Source: Octopus sinensis (lineage: Eukaryota). Taken from it: DNA of 64,000 nucleotides. The translations under genes and the position numbers were made by a program. The DNA lies in NCBI RefSeq assembly GCF_006345805.1, contig NW_021831991.1:404-64403 (forward strand). Reading direction: 5' to 3'. The notes beneath the pieces are model-generated. The model worked only from the letters and a program-made list of their open reading frames with translations, did no database searches and was not told where the DNA came from. Shown here piece by piece: positions 1-12,867 of the stretch (within the stretch, counting starts at the first letter, position 1; each line of letters starts with the position of its first letter).

Positions 1-31
1 AAACAAGCTACTTACCACACATCCACTCCTG

Positions 32-128
<97 letters not shown>

Positions 129-281
129 TATATATAATATATATATATATTTGAGTAGTTGAATGAATCATCTTATTAAGGATAATTCGAATTAACCGAA
201 ACCTGGGTAGCAAATTCACATCAGAAACATATGTCGAAAATAAAAGAATTTTGTTAATTCGTCGTTCAGCTCCATTCTTTC

Positions 282-328
<47 letters not shown>

Positions 329-358
329 TATATATATATTATATATATATATATATAT

Positions 359-753
359 ATAGCAGTATCACCCGGCGTTGTTCGGGTTTGTAAGGTAAAT
401 AACTATATAAGCATTTTTAGAGAGTTATAGCCAAAAGATAGCAAAAATATGCATTAAAATGGAAAAAAATTATGGTACATTTAAAAAAAATTGTTGACTC
501 ATCGTAGACATTTTTAGAGAGTTACTTCCCTTATATAGTAGCGAAAAAATGCATTAAAATGGAAAAAAATGATGGTAAATTATTTTAAAAATCGTAGACT
601 CATCGTAGACGCGCGCTAATACCCAGACGGGCTCGATATGAATCACGACTATAAGATACCCGGTTTTTGTTAAACTGTACAGCAAAATGTGGGAGTAGTT
701 AGGAATCTAAATCGTAAGAGACAGACACACAACTTGACTTTTATATATAAAGA
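359..753 (-). mobile_element. Non-autonomous Helitron copy A
   Basis: Minus-strand 5' TC at 753, 3' GC hairpin (CCCGG..CGGG) near a CTAG end eroded by (TA)n; similar to copy B. Confidence 0.65.
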
Positions 754-1259
754 CTAGCAGTATCGCCCGGCGTTGCTCGAGTTTGTAAGGGAAATAACTA
801 TATAAGCATTTTTAGAGAGTTACTTCCCTTATAAATTCGGGCTTTCTTAGCCATTTTTGTTTTGGTGTCTTCAAGCCATGAAGTCGTTGTTCTAAAAGAA
901 CGCTGGTTTCCTTCACAACGCATTACGACGTTGATTTCTTTACACTCCCTTCCCCACAGCTTCACGAGGGAGGGAAGCGGGAGAAGCAAACAGGTGCAGC
1001 TGTGAGCGTGGACGCCAACTCCGCCGCCATCGACATACGATGCATTTTATGCATTAAAATGGAATAAAAAATTATGTTAAATTATTTTTAAAATCGTAGA
1101 CTCATCGTTGACGCGCGCTAATAGTCAGACGGGCTCGATATGAATCACGACTATACGATACCCGAATTTGGTTAAACTGCACCGCAAAATGTGGGAGGAG
1201 TTAGGAATCTAAATCGAAGGGGACAGACACTCACACAACTAGAGTTTTATATATATAGA
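754..1259 (-). mobile_element. Non-autonomous Helitron copy B
   Basis: A|TCTATATA 5' end at 1259, CTAG 3' end at 754..757 with subterminal hairpin-like segment. Confidence 0.72.
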
Positions 1260-1889
1260 TATATTTGTATGTATGATAAATGAAAAATACATTGTAAATA
1301 AACAACGACATTAAAAACGTATACGTATACGCTCCCTCCCTCTTGCCCTCTTTCTCCTCTACCTGCTGCTGACACGCGTAACGTAGCCAGCTTTCTCTCC
1401 TCTTTTCACATTGGTCGCGTAGCTGATCGGTTGTAAAATTTCTGTTTAAAATTTCCTTTCTTGTCTTTTTGGCTCTAAGGCTGTATTTTGCTCATTTCTT
1501 ATTGATTTCGTCTTTGTTCATCGTCTTAAATTACATTTTCTAAAACTTTTGTTGTTTGTCCATTCTGTGTTGTCTTGTTTACTCGAGGCCCTATTCTGTA
1601 CGGCTTTCGCGGGAACCGCCTGCATGGCAAGTCTTAGTTTTTTCGCTAATGGTGCTGCAAAACTGAGTATTACCATTTCGTTGATAACTGATGAAGAATT
1701 AGGGCTCTTCTCTGTCTGTCTCCCGTCCGGTTGTATATACAGTGCACATATACGCTTTTTATCTGTCGTGGTTTATTTATAATGCATTTTTTACTTATTT
1801 ATTAAGTAACGGCACGCAACACACACCGACTGTTATATATATATATATATAAATATAATCAAAATAAGCAACAAGGATATCCAGAAGTA

Positions 1890-1978
1890 ATGCAGTACGA
1901 TCGTTTCATGCAACTCCATTTAATTGAACAATGCAAGCATTACATCAATTTAAAATGTAGAGCAATCTTCAGCTGCAT
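1890..1978 (-). ncRNA. Type I hammerhead ribozyme, canonical core, long stem II
   Basis: Minus strand ATGCAG-CTGAAGA-[58-nt imperfect hairpin]-GAA-ACGATCGT-A-CTGCAT: perfect stem I, palindromic stem III, GUA triplet; closing pair of stem II is mismatched. Confidence 0.75.
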
Positions 1979-2081
1979 AAAAATATAGAATTTTGAATTA
2001 TATGGATAATACCATACTAAATTCTTGTGTCTTTAACTTAAGTAACATATTCACCTGAATTTAAATTTTACTAAACACACA

Positions 2082-2142
<61 letters not shown>

Positions 2143-2709
2143 CGTTTAAATATTTGTTGTGCAAGAGTTTTTATGTATACATAAATGTATGTATATATGT
2201 ATATGCATATCTATTCATACAGTGCAAACTTGAAGCGCCAGATAAATACAAATAACCAGTATTTAGAAGTCCATATTTGTGTCATTGTACTAGTATAATT
2301 TTATATGAATAATTAGTTTGGATGATCTACAGTGTATATGAAGAAAATAACAAGTTAAACCATCTTACGTGCATTAACAAGAAAATGGTTATTACTTACA
2401 TAATGGATTTTAAATACTTAAAAACACTGGGAAACAAATATACGTAGCACCTTTTATCTTTCATCTTTTACTTGTTTCAGTCATTCCACTGGGGCCATTC
2501 TGGGGCAACACCTTGGAAATCTATTAGTCGAACTAATCGATGTAAGTACTTCTTTTAAAGCCTGGTGCTTATTCTATCGGTTCTCTTGCTAAGTTAGGAA
2601 TACATTATCACACAAACATCGATTGAAAAGCAAGAATGAATGTATGTGTGTATTTTTTGTTTACGGTCCCACACAACAATATCTTGTCGGAGGTTTTTTA
2701 ACTTACTAT

Positions 2710-2971
2710 TTTTTTTACTTGTTTCAGGCATTTGACTGTGGCCATGCTGGAGCACCGCCTTTAGTCGAGCAAATCGACCCCAGAACTTATTCTTGGTAAG
2801 CCTAGTATTTATTCTATCGGTCGCTTTTGCCGAACCGCTAAGTTACGGTGACGTAAACACACCAGCATCAGTTGTCAAGCGATGTTGATAGGGGGGACAA
2901 TCACAGACACACAAATACACACACACACACACACACACGCACACACACACACACACATACACACACACACA

Positions 2972-3010
<39 letters not shown>

Positions 3011-3173
3011 CAATTATACGACGGGCTTCTTTCAGTTTCCGTCTACCAAATCCACTCACAAGGCTTTGGTCGACCCGAGGCTATAGTAGAAGACACTTGC
3101 CCAAGGTGCCACGCAGTGGGACTGAACCCGGAACCATGAGGTTCGTAAACAAGCTACGTACCACAGTTCCACC
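2710..3173 (-). mobile_element. tRNA-derived SINE family 1, near full length, internal (CA)n(TA)n
   Basis: A/B-box-like head on minus strand (GTGG..TAGC..GGTTCAGTCCC). Related pieces at 1..30, 2450..2600, 29415..29563, 45375..45605, 53295..53420, 54815..54940 and 59695..59810. Confidence 0.85.
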
Positions 3174-3189
3174 AATATTGTTTTGACCC

Positions 3190-4110
3190 ATCGGTCTCAA
3201 TGTGATCAACTTCTTTTATGGGTATTTTCTTTTTTTTTGTTATCCTGTTCTACACCGTTCTGGACAACATGTTATACTCTCATGGGAAGATAATATCTGA
3301 AAGAAATTCTTTCACAGTTGGCAATATGGTGAATGCCTTCGGTATTGGTCTTCTTGCCTGTCAAAGTTTTTCGCCTTTTATATTGTAGGCACTTGTTCGT
3401 GGATTGTGTTATGTAGCCGTCACAGTGGGTTGTTATGAACTTTCCGGAACTCCGCGTTAAGCTTTTGGCATGATCAATCCCTTAAATGACTTGTGTTTTA
3501 CGTGCCTAGCACACATATGCTATCTTCTCAGTGAACTGATCCCTTATGTTCTGCCTAATGCTCTTTAGGGAAAGATCAGTATCGCCTCTTATTTCATACC
3601 TCTCCTAAACTTCATGAGCTATCCTAATTTTTGTTGTTGGTTCATGGTCAGAAACTAGAGCAAGATAGTCACTGGTCTCTTTCTTCGCCTGCAAATGGTG
3701 TTTCAGTGTCAACTGTACGTAATATGGCATCGGTACAGATTGAAGACCACAGCCACCATGCTTGCGTGTGAAGTATAGGCTGCCTACATCTTCATTGATG
3801 TTGATGTTTCCAGTAGCACTGAACAGCTTGCGAACATCTATGTCATTAGGTTCTTGTGGTGACCAGTTCAGAAGACCAAACGAAGGTGTGAGGACATGCA
3901 TTGCAATATATGTTTACTAGAAGCTGAGAGTTCTGATAACAATATTCTCTTTAATCCCCCGAGATATTCATTTCTTGTCCTCTCCTTATTTATGGGTCCA
4001 TCGAATCTGATATTCGCATCTTGTACGAGATACCTACAAATGTAACCTGACTGTAGAGGCTGCATTGTCAAGTCGCTTGTTCTTAGGATTTCAGAGGAGG
4101 GCACAAACGT
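3190..4110 (-). mobile_element. Dong/R4-type non-LTR retrotransposon fragment (RT thumb to Zn knuckle)
   Basis: VLTPSFGLLNWS..IDVRKL..RKHGGCGL in ORF 3605..3901; frameshifted. Confidence 0.75.
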
Positions 4111-4429
4111 CTCATACTTTATTGTTCAGAATACATATCTGGACTCACCAAATTTTATTCTAATGTTTGTAGAAAATTGGGTCATAAGGTCCAGTTGTTT
4201 TGGATATGGTTGATAATTGGCCCATGCAGTTTCAGGTCGTCGACAAAGAAAAGATTGGAGACACATCTGGATCAATTTCTCTGTTTACTATATTTTATGA
4301 GCAAGTATTATAGGGAACTTAATGAGAGGATGAAGAATAACACAGACAGGCCATCAACCTGAATGATGCCATTTTGGGTGTGAATGCTATCCATTTCACT
4401 GCCGACTCAAACAATGTTGCTCACTTCTC

Positions 4430-5690
4430 TTTTCAGCACTGCATTGATATATTTATTTTTGGTGCTCTTGTTTAGCAGGTGCTACCCGAGTGATACCATA
4501 CAGCATTCAAAGGCCGTCTGCACTGATCTCTATCACCTTCATTTCTTCTGAGGAAGAGTCTGTCAACATCACTGTTTCTGTGGAAGTTCCCAGCTGTTGT
4601 CAAGATTTTGCGGGTTTTGATATCTATGGAGCGGATTTCCTCTACAGACCAATCAATTATCCCAAATGTTGGGATCAGCACTGGTACTGCAAATGCATTG
4701 TGGGATATTGCTTAGTTGTAAGAGGAGAGTTCCGATTGCCATATTTTCTTAAGTCTGGTGTAATATTCTCGGGTCACAATATCTTTATTCACAGTGCCTT
4801 CATATGATATATTTTCGCCTATGCCTAGGTACTTGTGACATTCTTTGTGTGGAATGGGAGAGATAAAGATATCGTTGATACACAGGTTTTGGGTTTGGGA
4901 GACTGACTTTGCTCTTTCTATAACCAAATATGAACACTTGTTTTAGCCAAATTGCATGCCTGCGTCAGCAGATAATGTTGTCAATTCCAGTTGTTTTTGG
5001 CATTGGTAGTCTACAAAGAAATTATTTGAAGATCCTAGCATGTAACCATTAGTTTTCTGCAGTGGGAACGATAATGGATTCATAGTCAAAATGAAAAGAA
5101 GTACAGAAAGGCTATATTCCCGGAATATTCCCTTTCAAATGACTATACTATCAGAAACAATTATTCTGTTCTCAGTCGTAATGGTTGTCCATGTTTTTGT
5201 GAGTCTCTCTATAGTAGCAATTAAGGTAGTAGATACTTTACCAGATGTATGTACTTCAACAGACATGAATGAGAGATTGAATCGAATGCATTCATATAGT
5301 CAAGCCATGCGGTCACAAAATGTCTACGTTGTTTTCTTATTTCAGACAGAATAGCTTTGTTTATTAAAAGTTGTTCAGCATATCCCCACACTTTCTTCTT
5401 TTCACTAGCCTCTTCATCAGTCACAATGTTGATCGACTCACAATGTTCCTGGAGGAATTGGTTGACGCCACGTGTGTACAGTTTGTACATAATATTTAGA
5501 CAAGAAATGGGCCTGTAGTTTCCTGTTATCTCGGTGATTTATGTTAGCTTCTTGTACCAATATCAAATTATTAGGTCCCTTCCAGGTGCCTTCCCCTTCT
5601 GCAGTTTGGCTACTGCTATAGTGAAAGTTTATGAATCAATTTTCTGTTTTACTCTTAGTGTTGGTACAATATTCTCTCTCAATTGTATTC
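4430..5690 (-). mobile_element. Dong/R4-type RT fragment, second copy
   Basis: MYKLYT..EQLLINK..AWLDY..AFDS, HKYLGI..E, LIPTFGIIDWS..IDIKTRKIL in several broken frames. Confidence 0.8.
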
Positions 5691-5697
5691 AACCATG

Positions 5698-5729
<32 letters not shown>

Positions 5730-6879
5730 ATATAAGAGCTACTGCTCTTTGTATATAAATATATCGTTGAGTTGATGTGTTGAAATCTGCATGCATTCAC
5801 CCAAGTGTGTGCATCTATTCACATAAGAATCTCTTATGGACATTTCTGAAATGTCTTGCAAATATCAGTAATAAATTGGATTTGGAGAATCCGCATTTGT
5901 TTTACTCTTTCTCTGCAGAACCCAGTTTTCCAGTTTTTTTGTGCAAATTTGTTGATGCATAACCTATGATGATATGTAAAAATGAGAACTGATAGTCAGG
6001 GAACAAGTGCTGTAAGTTCTGCATTAATTCACTCTAAATGTTCTCTTTTACTTGTACTTTTGACTGCTCATTTACATCTGCTGGGCAGCTGACCTCTATG
6101 GGCGTGTGCGTGGGGTGAGTGTGTGTATTTGTGTGAGTAGTATCTGCGTGTGTGTATGTGTGTTTGTCTGTGCGTGTATGAGAGAAGGAAAGAGAGAGGG
6201 AAAGAGAGAGAGAGGGGGAAGAAATAGAGAGAACTCGGTTACAAATAAGTTGTAAAGTTTCTCTATGCAGAGTTAATATTTATGCAAAGGGAATCATTAA
6301 CACATCTCCCACAATAAATAGGGCACAAAATGTAAGTATTTCAGCTGTTCGAAGTAGTTTCATTTAAAAGCATTGCAGTTATCCTTGAAGTAAAGATTTA
6401 TAAATATTTCAGAGAGAAATAATAGCCATGGGAAGCAACTCCGTATCGGGGATTTATTCATTCATGGGAGGCAACTCTGCAAATATTTCCCCCGGTAATT
6501 TCCCGTTTACCTTTGCTACTTTTTCCTTTTTACTTTCTTTGTTTTTCTTACGTCAAATGTAGACAAATACTTGTATAGGTATTAAATTGTCCTTATATCT
6601 AGATCTAAAATAATCGATCACGTATATGATGAGAGATGATCGATTATCATTGTCCCAACTGTTTCTTATTTGCAGTAAAGGCAGTGTACATTATTCAGCC
6701 TGGCTTTTACATCTTAATTTGTTAGGTTCCGGTTTGAGTTATTCTGCTTTTTCTAACAGGTGCAGCATGGACGTAGGATTTCCTTTATTATCACGTACGC
6801 AGGGGAAATTTATCATTGTACGGAGAACATACATACATACGTCAACTGTGATCCAGAAACTCCATGATGGAAAAGCACC

Positions 6880-9361
6880 CGGAGAGACTTGATTCTTGGA
6901 TATTGGTAAAAGAAGCTAACATTCTACCGACCATGTCTTATTAATCTGTACCAGCAAGCTTTCATTAGGAACAGTAGCATACCACACTGGTTAGCTCTGG
7001 CAGAGACAAAATTGATCCTCAAATATAGAACCACCCACATGGCAAAAAACTACCGGCCAACTGCATGCCAAAACTTAATGTATAAGATATATACAGAATG
7101 TTTAAACCTATTCCTCCAAGACCATTGTGAAGCCAATAACATTATTACAGCAAAGCAAGCAGCTGGGAAGAAGGGAGTCTGGGGATGTGCTGAGCAATTG
7201 TTAATCAACAAAAACTGTGATGTCAGAGGTGCGAGAGCATTAGTGGAACCTAGTTTCAATGTGACTAGACTACAAGAAAGCCTCTGACTTTGTTCCCCAC
7301 TGATGGATGCTAGAAGCCCTTCAACTTGCTAAAGTTCCAGTGAGAATATTCAAAGCCATAGCTGACCTGACTTCATCGTGGGCCACCATCTTGAAGTTAG
7401 ACACAAAGAATGACTGTATTATCACCGATAGAGTAGTGTCACAAAGGCATATTCCAAGGAGACAGCCTCTCTCTGTGATGTTGTTTATACTTTCTGTAAA
7501 CCCTTTGTCATTCATGTTAAGGAAGACTGAAGGATATCTTACTGGTTCACAAGGAAAACAGAAATATCAAAATTTTATACTGTTTCTTTGTGGATGACTT
7601 AAAACTTTATGCAAAGAATATGCATGAGATGAAAAAGAGCCTTGACCATGTTACAAATCCCTCAATAGATATAGGGTTGGTGTTTGGTCAGGATAAATGT
7701 TATATGGTTGTGAAAAGGGGAAAACTATATACCAGACTAGTAACATCTTCATCAATGATTTGACTGTTTCCTCTGTATCTGACGAGAAATGTTACAGGTA
7801 TCTAGGGGTGGATAAAATTATATCTTACAATATCACCTGTAACAAAACAGGTGTCACTAAAGAATATTACAGTCGAATAAAGAAAATTTGAACCTCAGAA
7901 CTCTTTGCATTCATGTTCCACAATGTGTTTACAGTGCCAGTACTCATACCAATATTTGGGCTGCTTGATTGGACACTTGATGAAATCCGAGCCATTGATG
8001 TGTTAACCCGAAAAATACTAACAAGCACACATAATTTCCACATAAACTGTGTCGTAGACCTTCTCCAACTTAAACGAAAACAAGGCGGCAGAGGCTTAAC
8101 ATCAATCCAAAATGCCTTTGAAAATCACATCATATCTTTTCGGTAACATCTTCTAGCCACCAAGTATCCAAATGCAAGTTTGCATACGTGAGGCTGAAAA
8201 CTTCATAAGAATTGGAAGGCAGCTCCTTGTCTGATAACCTTGAAGATATGCCCAAAGCAAAGAGATCGCATGACTCTACATTAAACGTATCATCAGATGA
8301 AACGACGAGCGTATATGAGCAGAAGACGATGCATGGGTATGTCAGTAGAAAGCCCCGTGATGATAGTAACGTCGATCATCAAATCAATTTATTATGGACC
8401 AATGGCCGGATTCCTACCTTCCACTTTGAAGGGTATGCATTTGCTATCCAGGGACATGAAATATCAACCAAGTTCCTGATGTGCAAAAGGTATAGAGATA
8501 GATGAAACACCATAATATGTGAGAAGCGTTGTAGACTTTGCGGAGTTTTGGAGACTTTTGGAGTTTGGTCAGGATAAAATTGTTATATGGTTGTGGAAAG
8601 GGTAAAACTATGAACCAGACTAGTAATATCTCCATTAATGATTTAACTGTTTCCTCAGTATCTGATGAGGAATGTTACAGGAATCTAAGGGTGGATGAAA
8701 ATATACATTACAATGGCACCTTACAAATATACCTTACAATGGAAGAGCCGTAAAATGTGACAACCGATGCAGACTTTGTGGAGTTCACACTGGCGACATC
8801 CTCCACATCATAAGAAGTTATCCAAAAATATAATCACCGTATTGTCTATCAGTGAGACATAACGTTGTAGCTAGGACACTCTACAACGAAATCCGTCGGA
8901 AGGATAATCTCGAGGACAAAGGAATAAAAACACACAATATGGTAGAAGTCATAGCCACTCATACTGAAAAGGAATACTGGTGGAATGTACTAGTGGAGAC
9001 CCCAATAAAATTTAAGCACAACAGACCTGATATAACGATTTGGAATAGAAAAGAGAAACTGTGCACAGATGTGGAAATTAGCTGCCCATCGAATGTTAAA
9101 ATAAAACTGAATATCAGTGAAAAAGAGAACACCTATGCTGAACTATTGAGAAATCTAGAGTTACTCTATCCAGAGTACAAGTTCAGGTTTATACCTGTAA
9201 TTATTGGGACCCTGGGATATGTAACACACTGCCTAAATTCCAATCTTAAGAAATTGGGCTTCTCAAAACCAGAAATGAGAAAGCTAATTCGAAGGCTACA
9301 AATCCAATCTATCACTGGTACTGTAAATTTCTGTAAAACTTTCCAGAAGTTTATCATTTAA
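6880..9361 (+). mobile_element. Dong/R4-type LINE mosaic (RT, CCHC knuckle, restriction-like endonuclease)
   Basis: NYRPTACQNLMYK, EQLLINK, FVDDLKLY, CRLCG..HI..RHNVVA, HNRPDI..VEISCP..KE..Y, IPVIIGTLG; 8555..8735 repeats 7680..7850. Confidence 0.85.
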
Positions 9362-9429
9362 ATATATATGAGCATGCCTAGATATGTAACTATATGCATG
9401 AGAATACATATATAAAACATAAAAATCTT

Positions 9430-9640
9430 CACATGCATACGTACGTTCCTGGACTTTCAAGGAGATATTCACACCGTCAAGACCACTGACCTCTATGAGA
9501 GTACATGTTTTTTCTTGTCTGTCGAAGACCACTATATCCGGCCTATCATGCTTTCACTTGACACATGTTTTAATGGTAATGTTCCAGTGATATTCCTTGT
9601 GCTTGTATTCGTGTGCCAAGACAGATACAGAAGACCGGTG
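9430..9640 (-). mobile_element. RLE-domain LINE fragment
   Basis: HDRPDIVVFDRQEKTCTLIEVS on the minus strand. Confidence 0.65.
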
Positions 9641-9659
9641 GCTATGGAAGAGGAGGAGT

Positions 9660-10373
9660 GATCTGAAGACAGAGAGAAGCACTTACATGCGCAGCACGAG
9701 AACGATCGTAACGGAAAATCAATGTTAAATACAGATTCGACAACTCTACCGACAGTGGCAAACGCAGAATGTGTGGTGAGAGGGTTGATACAGTATGGCA
9801 GAACGTTAGCAAATGCCCGAAATTAGCACAACGCGAATACAAAAGGCTGCATTTCTATGTGACCAGAATGATCAATTGGGATTTCTGCGGAAATCACGGC
9901 CTGCAAAGAGCAAAAGCGTGGTACGAACAAACTCCAGAAGGTAACCGAGAATGAAGATTGCAAAATTCTGTGGGATGCAATGATTCAGTCCAGAGATCGG
10001 AGAACGGACATTTTTTGGTGAATAAAAAAGAATGAACATGCAAGATAATCAACATAGCATGGCATGGTGACAAAAGGATAAAAGATAAAGGAGAAAGAAA
10101 GCTGAACGAATATAACGATTTGAAGTGGGAAATAAAATTGTTGTGACAAATGAGGAGAGTAGACGTGATGCCAAGAGTGATTGCCACACTTGAACGTATA
10201 AGCACTCAACTACTACCATGGTTCAAAAATGTTGTTACAAATGTAAAGATAGAAAAAAACAATCAACATTGCTTGGAACTGCAAGAATACTTCGCAGGGT
10301 TCTTAGTCTGCTGATTGTAGATAGCTGACACTTTCCATCATACCCAGTAAAATAACCTGAGAGTTTTTCTCAA
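9660..10373 (+). mobile_element. Dong/R4-type 3' fragment with (TAC)n(AAT)n tail
   Basis: RMCGERVDTV..SKCPKLAQREYK, WYEQTPE..KILWD, LLGTARILRRVL; short 3' UTR then simple repeat. Confidence 0.75.
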
Positions 10374-10374
10374 A

Positions 10375-10422
<48 letters not shown>

Positions 10423-10450
10423 AAATAATAATAATAATAATAACAACAAC

Positions 10451-10505
<55 letters not shown>

Positions 10506-10512
<7 letters not shown>

Positions 10513-10973
10513 GATGGGCTACAGCAAATATTCTGCTCAATACCACAGATTTGCTTGTCAGTTGTTTGACCTTAACCAGTTGAACATGTCCCTTAGTGGC
10601 TGACGATATGTGCATCTCTGATCACGAGCAGAAGTAATGGGGGAGCATCATAGCCATGTGTTGAGAGGGATTCTTTGGGGTTTGAATAGTTCACCTCTGG
10701 AAACATGGGTGGTTCTTTCAACATCCTTAAACAACCCCTATTCAGGGACCGTTTGAGCGGGATGGGCTACTCAACCTGAAGAAAATTCTAACTGGGCCCC
10801 ACCTGCAAGGTCATGTGCTGTTTATCTTGATATGAGATCACCATGTCGCGCACATATGGTTGTGATGCATGTGCCTGGTGTACCTTTATCAGACGGGTAG
10901 TGATGATGGGTATATTGGGCTTCGTATATTTTACCCCAGTGTCACCTTGATAGCATGAACTGGTCTCTCACTC
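10506..10973 (+). mobile_element. (AAT)n-flanked non-coding interspersed repeat, copy A
   Basis: High similarity to 11073..11544 and 12868..13393; ends CTCTCACTC followed by AAT repeats. Confidence 0.85.
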
Positions 10974-10977
10974 AATG

Positions 10978-11066
<89 letters not shown>

Positions 11067-11072
11067 TAATAA

Positions 11073-11544
11073 TTGGTATAAAAGATGGGCTACAGCAAAT
11101 ATTCTGCTCAATACCACAGATTTGCTTGTCAGTTGTTTGACCTTAACCAGTTGACCATGTCCCTTAGTGGCTGACGATATGTGCATCTCTGATCACAAGC
11201 AGAAGTAGTGGGGGAGCATCATAGCCATGTGTTGAGAAGGATTCTTTGGGGTTTGAATAATTCACCTCTGGAAACATGGGTGTTTCGTTCAACGTCCTTA
11301 AACAACCCTTATTCAGGGACCTTTTGAGCGGGATGGGTTACTCGATCTGAAGAAAATTCTAACTAGGCTCCACCTGCAAGGTCATGTGCTGTTTATCTTG
11401 ATATGAGATCACCATGTCGCGCACATATGGTTGTGATGCATGTGCCTGGTGTACCCTTATCAGACGGGTAGTCATGATGGGTATACTGGGCTTCGTATAT
11501 TTTACCCCAGTGTCACTTTGATGGCATGCTCTGCTCGCTCACTC
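11073..11544 (+). mobile_element. (AAT)n-flanked repeat, copy B
   Basis: Aligns end to end with copy A; (AAT)n on both sides. Confidence 0.85.
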
Positions 11545-11585
<41 letters not shown>

Positions 11586-11609
11586 CTTGATGCAAGACCA
11601 GGCAGTGAC

Positions 11610-12815
11610 ATAGAAATAATAGCAAAGTACCAGGACCTAGCTATTGATTTACAGAGACTATGGAAAATGTATCCAAGTAGTTATAGCTGCATTGGGAATT
11701 ATCCCCGAAGATGTGAACAGATGGATAGAGGAAATAGGCATAAAACATAGTTTACGACAGCGTCAGAAAACAGTGTTATTTAGGGGCAGCTAGATAGAAG
11801 AGTTCTTGGCATCGAAGGCTGTTTGTAGCCTGATGTTAGGATTTTTCTTTTCCAACAGTCTAATGTATTGAGAGTATATGGAAATAGTAACAACAACAAC
11901 AACAACAGCAACAACAACAACAATAATGTGCTAAAGATATGGGTGTAAATACAGATGAAATGATGGGCAAGAAAGAGTTTAACCAAAGAGCTGAGGAGAG
12001 GAGAAGAGAAAAGAAGACCTTGGAATGAAAATGAATGGACAATTTGAAAGGAATACACAAGATGTTAAAGATAATATAGCATCGTGGGCATGGCTTGAGT
12101 GAGATTATTTGAAGCGTACCACTGAAAGCCTGATCATTGCTGCACAAGACCAGGCCCTCGCTACCAATTCAGTGAAGTATAACATCTATAAAACTTCTGA
12201 CACCCAAAGATGCTGACCCCGTGGAAAGAGTGTGGAAAATGTGGTATGTGGATGTGAGAGCCTTTCACAAAAATAATACAAGCGCCGTCACGATAAATTG
12301 TATATCTTCATTGGCTCTTATGCCGTAAATACCAATATGAAGTAACAGAGAACTGGTATGAGCATGTATCAAGTAAAATTATGCAGGAGGATGGAAAAGT
12401 AACAATACTCTAGGACTATGATTTTGAGACGGATCGTGTATCCGAGCACCGTCGGCCGGATATTGTCATATTGAATGAGAGAGACAAATACTGTCAGATC
12501 ATTGATGTAGCGATACCAAATGACATGGATGTTGTGAAAGTGGAGATGGCAAGACTGAATGCAATAAGAGAGGATAATGTAAAAGCGATACCAGTGGTGA
12601 TCGGGGTGCTGGGCTAAATCCCATTGGAACTTCAAGACTTCTTAAGGCAACTGGAAATCCGATGCAAGATTGATGTCTTGCAAAAAGCAGCCTTACTGGG
12701 CACAGCGCACATCTTAAGGAAAGTATTATCTGTCTGGGGTCCTTGTTGTGACTTGACAAATGACTAAAGACTCTGGTGCATTTTTACCTAGACTGTTACA
12801 AAGGAATATTAATAA
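11610..12815 (+). mobile_element. Two Dong/R4-type 3' fragments ending in (AAT)n(GAT)n
   Basis: KYQDLAIDLQRLWK (11615-11670); TESLIIAAQDQAL, YKRRHD, WYEH, RRPDIV..IIDVAIP, IPVVIG, QKAALLGTAHILRKVL. Confidence 0.75.
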
Positions 12816-12820
12816 TAATA

Positions 12821-12865
<45 letters not shown>

Positions 12866-12867
12866 AT

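Noticed and set aside
1688-1715. CTGATGAAG..CTTC hairpin
   Set aside because: No GAAA or stem III follows.
10598-10612. CTGACGA in the (AAT)n-flanked repeat
   Set aside because: No GAAA or stem II at a suitable distance.
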